Shown: in pieces, positions 37,642-46,696 of the stretch
Numbering within the stretch: position 1 is the stretch's first letter
How the letters are laid out: each line of letters opens with the position of its first letter
Source: a virus
Lineage: Duplodnaviria > Caudoviricetes
Strand: one strand, 5' to 3'
Virus record (IMG/VR): IMGVR_UViG_3300047561_001243
Span: 36,246-100,245 of that record
DNA length: 64,000 bases
Program-made: the position numbers and the translations under genes
Notes under the pieces: generated by a model
Database searches by the model: none
Seen by the model: the letters and a program-made list of their open reading frames with translations, nothing else
What the model was told of the DNA's origin: nothing

Positions 37642-40305
37642 TTGGGAGAGTTCTTGAACGATTTGCGTCATATCGCAACACAATTCGAGGCATATAAAAA
37701 AGTAGCACAAGCAACTGTAGGCGGGGGAGTACTCTTCTTCGTTCTTTCTTTCGGCCTATCGGAAAATGCTATTGCTGATGAGGCTCCTGTTGTTCCTCCT
37801 GCAGTGCAGCCAGAGAACGCTCCTGCGCCAGACGCGAGTCCTTCTTCAAATCAAGATAATGCAAGTCCTGCTCCAACTGTTGTCTCCGTTCTTGAAAAAG
37901 TTGATACCGCTACTGTAACAGTCCAAACCGCGGTTCATAATGCCGAAGTAGCTGTTGCCACAATCCTTCCAACCCAAACTATTGCCCAAGCGGTAGCTGC
38001 CGTACCAGAGGTGGTTCAAGCCGTGGCTGCTGCTACCACCAAGGTAGAGACAGCTGTTACTGCTATACAGGTAGCTGTTGCCGCTACAGATACAGCAACA
38101 GTCCTAGTTGCAGCCTCAGATTCAGCAACCGCCCTTGTAGCCCCTGCGGTAGTTGTTGTAGACAGCGCAACAGCAGTTGTTGCATCCGCAACAGTGGTCG
38201 TGGAAGATAAGACTGCAGTAGTCGCCGTAGTAACGCAAGACGTTACTACTGCTCAAGCAACCGCAGAGTCAGCGGTAGTAACAACCACCACTAGCGGAGT
38301 TACAGCAAAAGTTTATACTTATAATGGTGGGGGCTCACCAGCGCTTCCAAGTGAGACCGCAACACCTGTTCTTACAACTACAGTTCCCTACATATCAGCT
38401 AACTGGGGTGGGGGCACTGTCATGGGTGTTCAAAGCGACAGAGTTATTATTAAATACACTGGCACCATTACTGTTCCAGAAGAAGCAGTTGCAGTTAAAT
38501 ACGCTGTGTATTCAGATGATGGCGCAAAACTATATTTAGATGGTCAATTAGCAATTAATAACTGGAGAGACCAAGGTTCTACTTGGAGTGCGTATTCACC
38601 TACATATAACACCACAACCGATAAGTCACAAGATTTTGTGCTTTGGTACTACGAAAATGGCGGGGGAGCTAACGTAACTCTTGGATGGGGTATCACTAGA
38701 GCTAATGGAACTGGGTATTGGACTAATCCAATGGCTACTGCGTTTGGTACTACTACTACAACTCAAGACCCAGCAGCTCTTGCTGCTTTAGCTGCTGCTC
38801 AAGCAAACCTAACAACAGCAAATACAAACCTAACAAATGCTCAAACAGATTTAACAACGGCTCAAACAGATTTAACAACGGCTCAAACAAACCTAACAAC
38901 GGTTACTACCGCTGCTGGTGAAGCATTGAGCGCTGCCAACACCGCGCTTGCTACAGCAGACCAATTAGCTAATACTGCAATTGTAAAAGCCAATGAAGCT
39001 AAGGCTGCATTAGAAACAGCTACGACCACAGTCTCCATTGCTGCTTCTCAGTATGTTGCCGCTCAGCTTCAGTTGAAAGCTCAGCAAGATGCTGAAGCTG
39101 CTGCTCTGTTAGCGGCTCAACAGGCGGCTGCTGCTCAGGCTGCTGCTGACGCAGCTGCTGCTTTATTAGCGCAGCAGCAGCAAGCTGCTCAAGGTACTCC
39201 TGTACCACCGACTCCTGCTCCATCTATTCCTCCCGTGGCTCCAGAACCTCAACCAGAGCCTCCCGTTCAACCAACCCCAGTGGAACAACCACAACCAACT
39301 CCAACGCCCGAGCCAACGCCCGTTCAAGAGCCAGCACCCAATCCTGAACCAGACCCTGTCGCGACTGAACAACCCGCAGACCCTCAACCAGAACCAGCAA
39401 ATCCTGAGCCTGACCCAGAACCAACTCCTCCTCAGGACCCACCTAGCGAACCAAATCCACAACCAGAGCCATCCACAGGGGAGCCACCAGTAGCACCGCC
39501 AGACCAGCCGTCCGACGTTCCCGCTGACACAAATTCTGATGCTCAACATTCTGACGAACCGACACCGCCAGAACCGTCACCGCCAGAGCCAGAACAACCT
39601 GAAATACCATCTCAACCTCCTGTAGAGGAGCCTCCTGCTGAGGCGCCACCTGCAGAGGTTACCACTGCTGCAGAGATTAAAGCAGTTGTAGATGATGTGT
39701 TATCTGACGGCAAGTTGTCCGCAGCTGATGCAGTGGCAGTTCTTGAGTCACTCAACGCTGATGGTGAAATCACTAAGGATGAGGTTAATAATCTTTCAGA
39801 TTCCCTTGCAGCAGATGGCAAGCTAACTACCGCCGAAAAGGAGTTAGTTGCTGAAGCACTTATTCAATCTGTTACCCCTGGCGAAACACTGACAAAAGAA
39901 CAGATTCAAGATGCTGGTATTGCCTATCAAGACCTTCCACCAGAGACTCCTGTCGAGGTTAGGCAGGATGAGAACGGTAACGAAGTTATAATTACAGCAG
40001 ACGTAGCTGCGGCTCTAGTTTTACTAGAGAACCCATCAGAATTAATTGGCGCAATATTTAGCGACCCAGGACAGGCACTACAAGCACTTGGAAGTATCGG
40101 TGCTGATATGTCTACAGAAGAACGTGAAGAAGCACAGAAGATGGTAGTTGCTGCCGTTATTGCAGGCGGTGCCGCACTTAATGCTGTTGGCGCTGCTGGA
40201 GGAGCCGCGGGCGGAAGCCGTAGCGGTGGAAATAGCGGTGGGGGAAATTCTGGAGGCGGAGGCGCTTCTGGAGATAGTAAAGGCGTGAGGAGACGCAGAC
40301 CATGA
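37642..40305 (+). CDS. Large membrane-anchored surface protein with PA14 domain
   Basis: Signal-like N-terminus (AIA/DE), PA14 motifs (SDDGAKLYLDG, YYENGGGA), heptad repeats, Pro/Glu linker, C-terminal hydrophobic helix and RRRRP tail. Confidence 0.75.
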   Translation: MGEFLNDLRHIATQFEAYKKVAQATVGGGVLFFVLSFGLSENAIADEAPVVPPAVQPENAPAPDASPSSNQDNASPAPTVVSVLEKVDTATVTVQTAVHNAEVAVATILPTQTIAQAVAAVPEVVQAVAAATTKVETAVTAIQVAVAATDTATVLVAASDSATALVAPAVVVVDSATAVVASATVVVEDKTAVVAVVTQDVTTAQATAESAVVTTTTSGVTAKVYTYNGGGSPALPSETATPVLTTTVPYISANWGGGTVMGVQSDRVIIKYTGTITVPEEAVAVKYAVYSDDGAKLYLDGQLAINNWRDQGSTWSAYSPTYNTTTDKSQDFVLWYYENGGGANVTLGWGITRANGTGYWTNPMATAFGTTTTTQDPAALAALAAAQANLTTANTNLTNAQTDLTTAQTDLTTAQTNLTTVTTAAGEALSAANTALATADQLANTAIVKANEAKAALETATTTVSIAASQYVAAQLQLKAQQDAEAAALLAAQQAAAAQAAADAAAALLAQQQQAAQGTPVPPTPAPSIPPVAPEPQPEPPVQPTPVEQPQPTPTPEPTPVQEPAPNPEPDPVATEQPADPQPEPANPEPDPEPTPPQDPPSEPNPQPEPSTGEPPVAPPDQPSDVPADTNSDAQHSDEPTPPEPSPPEPEQPEIPSQPPVEEPPAEAPPAEVTTAAEIKAVVDDVLSDGKLSAADAVAVLESLNADGEITKDEVNNLSDSLAADGKLTTAEKELVAEALIQSVTPGETLTKEQIQDAGIAYQDLPPETPVEVRQDENGNEVIITADVAAALVLLENPSELIGAIFSDPGQALQALGSIGADMSTEEREEAQKMVVAAVIAGGAALNAVGAAGGAAGGSRSGGNSGGGNSGGGGASGDSKGVRRRRP
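38805..38901 (+). repeat. 21-nt tandem repeats encoding (T/N)AQT(D/N)LT heptads
   Basis: GCTCAAACAGATTTAACAACG occurs twice exactly, with degenerate flanking copies. Confidence 0.8.
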
Positions 40306-40472
40306 AAAGAATATTCACAGATATGGTAGACCAGCTATGGACTTTGCTAGGCATGTTCATTGCCTGGGTAGTTCTTGATGGTTCCGCAAAAACAATTGTG
40401 GGGTACGCAATTATTGGAACATTAATTGCATGGGCCATCACATACCCAATTCGAAATCCAAAGGATGAGTAA
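40302..40472 (+). CDS. Small two-TM membrane protein (not in ORF track)
   Basis: MKRIFTDMVDQLWTLLGMFIAWVVLDGSAKTIVGYAIIGTLIAWAITYPIRNPKDE. Confidence 0.7.
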   Translation: MKRIFTDMVDQLWTLLGMFIAWVVLDGSAKTIVGYAIIGTLIAWAITYPIRNPKDE

Positions 40473-40804
40473 TGTTTAAAACAACAGGTAATATTTTGCT
40501 TCGCATCGTTGCAGTATTTGCAGCTAGCGGGCTTGGCGTAATCGGTGCTGGTTCTATTGCTGGCATTTCAGTAGCAAAGGCAGTAACGGTAGCTGGACTA
40601 ACAGCAGTTGCCGCAGTAGTAGAAAAGCTAGCCCGTGGGTTTATGAACGACGGCAGACTTTCACTAGATGAAATCAACTCAGCTTTTGCAGCAGTTGACG
40701 TAAATTCTAAAACAGCAGCTGACCTACAGGTTGAGGCCAATCAATCAGGTTCAGCAATTACAATTGCACCAAAAGATAAAGAAAAAGACCCAGACTATAA
40801 TTAG
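40472..40804 (+). CDS. Putative holin
   Basis: Two hydrophobic segments, directly upstream of the endolysin. Confidence 0.55.
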   Translation: MFKTTGNILLRIVAVFAASGLGVIGAGSIAGISVAKAVTVAGLTAVAAVVEKLARGFMNDGRLSLDEINSAFAAVDVNSKTAADLQVEANQSGSAITIAPKDKEKDPDYN

Positions 40805-40812
40805 GAGTTAAC

Positions 40813-41556
40813 GTGGCAGAAAAAGGAACAGCAGCTGCTCTTATTGAAGTTGCACAAAAAGAAGTAGGGACTATTGAAGGCCCTAAAGATAATGAAACAA
40901 AGTACGGCGCTTTTACTAAAGCTAATTTCTTAGCATGGTGTGGAAGTTACGTTATGTGGTGTGCAAACCAATCTGGCGTAAAGGTACCTAATACAGTGTC
41001 AACCGTTGCTGGTGCTGCTGCATTTAAGAAAATGGGTACATGGTTTGAAGCTGATTGCGGGCAATCACCACAGCCAGGGGATATCCTGTATTTTGATTTT
41101 CCAGGAGATGGCGTTGATAGAATTTCTCACGTAGGTATCTGCAAAGGTATTGACTCAGACGGCGTTGTAACCACCCTAGAAGGAAACACATCCTCTAGTA
41201 AAAAAGGAAGCCAAAGAAATGGCGGAGAAGTTTGCGAGCAAACTCGTGCCTACAAAGCTAATAAGAAGAAAGTAATGGTTTCTATTGTTGGTTGGGGTCG
41301 CCCTAATTACAAAGGTAACGAAGTAACAGTTACTATCCCTAAAGCCAAGGCTCCAGCATTTCCAGGACAAATTCGTCCAGGAGACAATAATGAAGGCGTC
41401 AAGGTTGTTCAACGCGCCCTTGGTCTTCTAGCTGATGGGGACTACGGCCCAGCTACAAAGAAAGCTGTTATCGGGTTTCAAGACAACCATGACGTAGTAG
41501 ATTCAAATGGGATTATTGGTCCTAAGACTTGGGCTGAACTAGTTAAGTTTCTATAG
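40813..41556 (+). CDS. Endolysin: CHAP domain + peptidoglycan-binding domain
   Basis: AWCGSYV, SHVGI, TLEGNT (CHAP triad); VQRALG..ADG.YGP.T..AV..FQ...GIIGPKTW. Confidence 0.9.
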   Translation: MAEKGTAAALIEVAQKEVGTIEGPKDNETKYGAFTKANFLAWCGSYVMWCANQSGVKVPNTVSTVAGAAAFKKMGTWFEADCGQSPQPGDILYFDFPGDGVDRISHVGICKGIDSDGVVTTLEGNTSSSKKGSQRNGGEVCEQTRAYKANKKKVMVSIVGWGRPNYKGNEVTVTIPKAKAPAFPGQIRPGDNNEGVKVVQRALGLLADGDYGPATKKAVIGFQDNHDVVDSNGIIGPKTWAELVKFL

Positions 41557-41710
41557 TATGGACGACGCCGAACGCATAAAGCGCTATACCTGCGCTTTGT
41601 GCGGGAAACGCTTTGTGGTGCCCGACTTAGCTCGGGGCTGCGAAGATAAGCACTTCGACAACGAAGACGTTTAGTCAGATTTTTCCTGCCATAAATAAGA
41701 TAATAGATTT

Positions 41711-42205
41711 ATGGCTAAACCTAATCAATCTCCGTTTTCACCTTTGTCAACCAACGGTGCAGAAATTGCCGATGTGTTTGGAAAGTTCCGTGCAGGAATA
41801 TCAAAGGGACGTAAAACCGCCCAGAAAATTCAAAAAGGTAAGAAGGAAGACACCGACCGTCAAGGCGACCGCGACCATGACATCGCGTTAGAAAACCTAC
41901 GCCACGGCAACAACGAGAAGCTACACGATAAAGCTTTTGGTGCTGCAAGTACCGCCCCAGCAAACGTTAAATCTTTTAAATCACCAGCGGGTGAATTTAC
42001 AACCCATCCCCCAGTTGGGCAACCAACTACCGTTAATAACGGCCCTGGTGGAGAACACGTAGACCGCCGCAGCGAAACTCAGACTGGTCCTAAGCCTAAG
42101 CGTACTAATAAAAAGAAACTTACCGCAGAGATGTCAACTCCAGCTGCACCCACCTCCACCCCAGTTGCATCTAATGTTGCCAGCCCCTTTACGTCCCCAG
42201 CCTAA
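41711..42205 (+). CDS. Hypothetical low-complexity protein
   Basis: ORF downstream of a late-type promoter motif. Confidence 0.5.
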   Translation: MAKPNQSPFSPLSTNGAEIADVFGKFRAGISKGRKTAQKIQKGKKEDTDRQGDRDHDIALENLRHGNNEKLHDKAFGAASTAPANVKSFKSPAGEFTTHPPVGQPTTVNNGPGGEHVDRRSETQTGPKPKRTNKKKLTAEMSTPAAPTSTPVASNVASPFTSPA

Positions 42206-42524
42206 ACCATCTCGCGACCGCGAATTTAGAGATGAAGTAACTAGGGTTAAGGAACCAGCACAACGCGGCGTGCCAACCCAAACATTGCAATGGAATAGGT
42301 GGTCACCATGAGAGAAGAATTTAAACAGGCAAAGGCGGAACAAGTAACTTTTAAAGACTCACGCTTTGGAATTCGCAGGTTATTTATCAATAGGTTAGAA
42401 AGACCAAGAATTGGTACGTACGATACCCCTGGTAAAGGTGTTCAAGGAGAATCCCAGAACTAGTTTAGGCATTAAAACGCAATGAATTGTTCTACCTTAG
42501 TACAAGGCTTTTGAAAGGACCATC

Positions 42525-42866
42525 GTGGCAACATATACAACGGTACGACTTGTAGCTCCACAGCAGCTTACAACTTCGGCTGCAGCGGCCTTATACACAG
42601 TCCCAGCTTCAACACAGACAATTGTTAAACAGATTCTTTTGTCTAACCCAACAGCGAGCTCTGCTACAGCTACCGTGTACTTAGTACCTAGTGCTGGCTC
42701 CGCTGCAAACACTAATGCAATTATTGGCGGAATTACTATAGCCGCTAACTCATCTTTAACTTACGATTTGTCACAGGTACTAAACACTAGCGATTCAATT
42801 AGAGCTCTCGCTTCCGCTGGAACCACCATTACGATTATGGCTTCTGGCGTAGAAATTACGGCGTAA
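42525..42866 (+). CDS. Putative virion structural beta-sandwich protein
   Basis: LYTVPAST.TIVKQI.LSN...VL...D.I.A.A...SGVEI pattern common in phage minor structural proteins. Confidence 0.6.
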   Translation: MATYTTVRLVAPQQLTTSAAAALYTVPASTQTIVKQILLSNPTASSATATVYLVPSAGSAANTNAIIGGITIAANSSLTYDLSQVLNTSDSIRALASAGTTITIMASGVEITA

Positions 42867-42868
42867 CC

Positions 42869-43030
42869 ATGGCAATTAAAACTCTTGGTCCACTCGTCTC
42901 AGGAATTGCACAAACAACAAACGTAGCATCCCCTACCGCCACTGGCACAACTGGTGCCCGCCAGATTACAATTTCAACGGCATCACCAACAGGTGGCGCA
43001 GACGGAGATGTCTGGCTGAAGCACGCGTAA
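42869..43030 (+). CDS. Small fibre-type protein with GDxW motif (not in ORF track)
   Basis: ...ITISTASPTGGADGDVWLKHA. Confidence 0.6.
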   Translation: MAIKTLGPLVSGIAQTTNVASPTATGTTGARQITISTASPTGGADGDVWLKHA

Positions 43031-43033
43031 CCC

Positions 43034-44353
43034 ATGACAGGCCATATTAAAGTCAGTGGGGTTTGGCAGAACATAACAGCCCCATCGGTAAAAATTGCTG
43101 GTACTTGGAAGCAGGTTATACAGGCCTGGACAAAAGTTGGCGGCTCTTGGGTACAGTGGTATATCGCAACAATTACAGATACATTTACCCGTGCTGATAC
43201 TGGTTCAGGTTTAGGAACTAGTGATAGCGGTGCTTTATGGTCAGCAATTCGAGGCATATTTTTTATTAGTTCTAATAAAGCTAAAAGCAATGATTCCGCA
43301 GCTACCTACCCAATCGCTGTAGTTGATTCTGGAGTAACAACCCCCTCTATTAACTTAGATACAGATACTGCTGGTGGTGGAACTGGTATTTCTTTTTGGG
43401 TTTCTGATACACAGAACTGGTACGGGGTGTTTCCATTTGTTGCCACCTCTACCTCTTACGGACAAAGTTGTGCAACATACACTCAAAGTGCTGCATCATA
43501 TTCTTGCACCCAAGTTTCTGGACCCAACTACGGAGCAGCTTGCCAGGGATATGCATCAACTTATGGACAACAGTGTCAGGGCTTTACAACTACCTACGGA
43601 CAGACTTGTGATGGTTTTACCACCACTTATGGACAACAGTGTCAAGGCTTTAGTACCACCTACGGACAGACTTGTATTCAATGGTCAAACATTTCGTATG
43701 GAAACACAATTATTTGTAGTGGTGGTTGGCAACAAAGATACGATGGATTACGTGGTTACTATTACCAAGTTTGTCTTGCCTACGCAAACCAGCAAACTTC
43801 AAGCGGAGGAGGTTGTATCGACTGGTCTCAAACTTCTGGCACCTCGTGTACAGGCGGTTACTCTCAAACTTCTTCCAACTCGTGTACAGGCGGTTACTCT
43901 CAAACTTCTGCCAACTCGTGTACAGGCGGCTACGCTCAAACTGGTCCCAACTACACCTGTCCTGGAGGTTATATTCAAAGCGGACCTTCATATTCTTGCG
44001 GTATCGTAAATGGGCCAAACTACTCAGCTCTTTGCTCAGCCTACACTCAAACCTCTGCCAACTCAGCAGGTCAGGTATCTCTGCGTTTAATTAGGTCAGT
44101 TGCTAACGTAGTAAGTACTCTGGTAGACCAGGCTATTAGCGCATTGCCAGCATCTTTACAGGTCCTTATTAGTGGAAACCAAATTACTGCTCGAGCTTAT
44201 TCAGGAGTCGGGCAAACAACTCAAATTGGCTCAGATTTAGTTAATACCCCATCTTCACCTATTACAGCTACACAGCACGGCCTTATAATTGCCCCAGGCG
44301 GTTATAACCAAGGAACTACCGCTGACAACCTAACTGTTAGTGCCGTACAATAA
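43034..44353 (+). CDS. Putative fibre/receptor-binding protein with 16-Cys repeat insertion
   Basis: N-terminal KVxGxW repeats, DTFTRAD beta-rich domain interrupted by 33-nt (43562-43675) and 36-nt (43844-43941) Cys-coding repeats. Confidence 0.65.
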   Translation: MTGHIKVSGVWQNITAPSVKIAGTWKQVIQAWTKVGGSWVQWYIATITDTFTRADTGSGLGTSDSGALWSAIRGIFFISSNKAKSNDSAATYPIAVVDSGVTTPSINLDTDTAGGGTGISFWVSDTQNWYGVFPFVATSTSYGQSCATYTQSAASYSCTQVSGPNYGAACQGYASTYGQQCQGFTTTYGQTCDGFTTTYGQQCQGFSTTYGQTCIQWSNISYGNTIICSGGWQQRYDGLRGYYYQVCLAYANQQTSSGGGCIDWSQTSGTSCTGGYSQTSSNSCTGGYSQTSANSCTGGYAQTGPNYTCPGGYIQSGPSYSCGIVNGPNYSALCSAYTQTSANSAGQVSLRLIRSVANVVSTLVDQAISALPASLQVLISGNQITARAYSGVGQTTQIGSDLVNTPSSPITATQHGLIIAPGGYNQGTTADNLTVSAVQ

Positions 44354-44373
44354 AAGAAACTGAAGGAGAAAAA

Positions 44374-44655
44374 ATGAGTACTACGCCACCACGTTCTTTT
44401 GCCGAGATTCAAGCAGAGCGTATTGCAGAGCGCCAGCAGGCACCATCATTGGCTGCCCAGCAGTCGGCGCATCCGTTTCACATCGCCCTTATTCTTGACA
44501 ACGAAGTTCAACAGGTATTTCATATTGAAGAAGAGATGGCTTCAATTTTTATGAGCTCCCCACTAATTCTTCAGGTAGAGGCACCTCTTGCGGGTGGCCC
44601 TGAAAGAGGTTGGGCATACAATCCACAGACTGGTCAGTTTACAGCCCCTGAATAA
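44374..44655 (+). CDS. Small protein typical of fibre-associated genes
   Basis: C-terminal GWAYNPQTGQFTAP motif. Confidence 0.5.
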   Translation: MSTTPPRSFAEIQAERIAERQQAPSLAAQQSAHPFHIALILDNEVQQVFHIEEEMASIFMSSPLILQVEAPLAGGPERGWAYNPQTGQFTAPE

Positions 44656-45215
44656 TGTCTCTTAAAGACTTTGTAACCGATACCCGTGCGGAGTTCTTAG
44701 ACGACAATATCCTTTTAATTAAGGATTTTTTACCCCAGAATATAGTCAAATCTATTTTAGATTTGGCTACTTCTGCTTCCCCTGAAGATTGGGATAAGTA
44801 TCCAATAGGTCTTCTTTGGAAGGGTAGACTTTTAGAATTCTCTTTACACGAAAACTTAATCTCAAATGAAATTTCCGCAATCCTTAATCACCGCTATAAG
44901 TTTATTGAAACTAACATTGTAAGAAAGTTAATTCCAGGAGATGAACGCCCACCTCACTACGACAGCGAAAAAGACCCCAGCTGCGAGTATGGGGTTGTTA
45001 TGTACCTTAATGAGGATTTTGATGGTGGGGAAATCTTTTATCCGTCAAAGGGGATTACGCACAAGCCCGTAAAAAACAGTGTTCTCATACATTCATCTGG
45101 ACCAGAGTACGTGCATGGCATATCTCCAGTTTTATCAGGAGTGCGCTACTATATGACCCTATTTGCAGATGCGAAAGCAGGGTCCAATGAAGTTCTACCA
45201 CTTTATCCCAAGTAA
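44655..45215 (+). CDS. 2OG-Fe(II) oxygenase (prolyl-4-hydroxylase-like)
   Basis: PHYD, MYLNEDFDGGE, HGISPV.SGVRY. Confidence 0.9.
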   Translation: MSLKDFVTDTRAEFLDDNILLIKDFLPQNIVKSILDLATSASPEDWDKYPIGLLWKGRLLEFSLHENLISNEISAILNHRYKFIETNIVRKLIPGDERPPHYDSEKDPSCEYGVVMYLNEDFDGGEIFYPSKGITHKPVKNSVLIHSSGPEYVHGISPVLSGVRYYMTLFADAKAGSNEVLPLYPK

Positions 45216-45909
45216 CGAAGCCTGGGCGGATAACGTACCAAACCCTAAACTAGCTCGTGATGTTATGCCTGATTGGTATAAGAAGTCTGAATTGTCGTAT
45301 GAAGATTCAGACTCACCAACTGGTGAGAGCAGTGGTTTAAAAACATGCAATCCGTTCCTTGATACCCTAATTGCTGGGTATGTGCTAACAACGTGGACAA
45401 ATATTTATGTAAAAGTAGGGCCAGATGGTTCTTTAGATGTTGATTGGGATGCCGATGCATCTAGCCCAATTATTATGGAAAGAAGTCCAAAATCAGGCGC
45501 TTTGATGCCGCGACCTGCTGGACACATGCCTAATCACCTTGTCTGGACTCCTAAGTGGGGATTTAAATCTCCTAAGGGGTTTAGTACTTTAGTTACGCAC
45601 CCACTTAATCGGTGGGACTTACCGTTCACCACATCAGCTGGAATTATTGACAGCGATAAGTTTCATGGTTCTGGGAATATCCCTTTCTTTATTAAAGAGG
45701 GTTTTGAGGGAGTTATTCCTACAGGAACGCCGATAGCACAACTTATCCCTATCAAACGTGAAAGTTGGACTGGTGCGGTTTATAACCCAGCACTTGTTGA
45801 TATCATTCCTTCTGTTGGTAAGCAGATGCGGGAAGTGGTACGCGGTTATTACCGAGATAAATTCTGGGTAAAAAAAGAATATAAGATGGAGAAAAATGAT
45901 AAAGCCTGA
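45187..45909 (+). CDS. Conserved phage protein (DUF6065-like), paralog of 22343-23044
   Basis: KTCNPFLD...GY, PKGFS.LVTHP, GIIDSD, PFFIKEGFEG.IP.GTP.AQ.IP.KRE.W. Confidence 0.65.
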   Translation: MKFYHFIPSNEAWADNVPNPKLARDVMPDWYKKSELSYEDSDSPTGESSGLKTCNPFLDTLIAGYVLTTWTNIYVKVGPDGSLDVDWDADASSPIIMERSPKSGALMPRPAGHMPNHLVWTPKWGFKSPKGFSTLVTHPLNRWDLPFTTSAGIIDSDKFHGSGNIPFFIKEGFEGVIPTGTPIAQLIPIKRESWTGAVYNPALVDIIPSVGKQMREVVRGYYRDKFWVKKEYKMEKNDKA

Positions 45910-46696
45910 GGATAAAATAGCAGTAGGTTGGATTGATGGTGGTCAGGTAATGAGCGGGTTTGCTGCTTATATTTCTAACCTACTTTTAAGTCGCCCCGTA
46001 ATCTCTGACGTTGTAGTAGCAAGTGGCCCCTACCTTTCTTACAATAGAAATAGAATGGTTGAACTTTTTCTTCAGACCGACGCAACTTGGTTGTTCTCTT
46101 TAGACTCGGATTTAAAGATAACCCCAGAAGATTTTGACTACCTATGTGAAACTGCAGATGCTGAAAAACGCGCAATTGTTGGAGGCAAGTATTACCTGCC
46201 ATTTGATAACGGGCAATCCATCCACCCATCTGCAATGGAAAAAGTACCTGGTACAAAACTGGGAGCATGGATTGACCCCTCAAAAGTTTTTGACGGTAAA
46301 ATTCTAGATAACTTGCATTCTGTTGGTTTTGGTTATTCTTTGACGCATCGGGATGTATTTGAAACACTCAAAACAGTTAACTTACAAAAAGACCCAAATA
46401 ACGAACTTAGTTGGTTTCAAGACTCATGGACCTCCGAATACAAGAACTGGATGTCAGATGACGTTTATTTCTTTATTCAAGTAGTTGAGCAAGGTATTAA
46501 CGTAGCTCTAGATACTAGGGCCACATCACAGCATTTAAAAGTTATGCACATAGGAGATTCCAGCATGCTTACCGTACGTAATGATTTCCGCAGCGGGCCA
46601 CGCAATGGTCACAATCACGGCCACGACCACAATGTTGTTGAGGTTATGCCTTCTCAACGTGTTTCGTGGTGGGCTCGCAGAAAGAAAAATGTATGA
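45896..46696 (+). CDS. GT-A fold glycosyltransferase
   Basis: NRN..VE.FL, WLFSLDSD (DxD), GFG..L.HR.VF, SDDVYF. Confidence 0.75.
   Translation: MIKPEDKIAVGWIDGGQVMSGFAAYISNLLLSRPVISDVVVASGPYLSYNRNRMVELFLQTDATWLFSLDSDLKITPEDFDYLCETADAEKRAIVGGKYYLPFDNGQSIHPSAMEKVPGTKLGAWIDPSKVFDGKILDNLHSVGFGYSLTHRDVFETLKTVNLQKDPNNELSWFQDSWTSEYKNWMSDDVYFFIQVVEQGINVALDTRATSQHLKVMHIGDSSMLTVRNDFRSGPRNGHNHGHDHNVVEVMPSQRVSWWARRKKNV

Noticed and set aside
39020-39821. Minus-strand ORFs rich in Trp/Leu/Val
   Set aside because: Antisense shadows of the Pro/Glu-rich linker in 37642-40305
43562-43941. Fibre repeats as a diversity-generating retroelement target
   Set aside because: No reverse transcriptase and no template/variable repeat pair differing at adenines in this window
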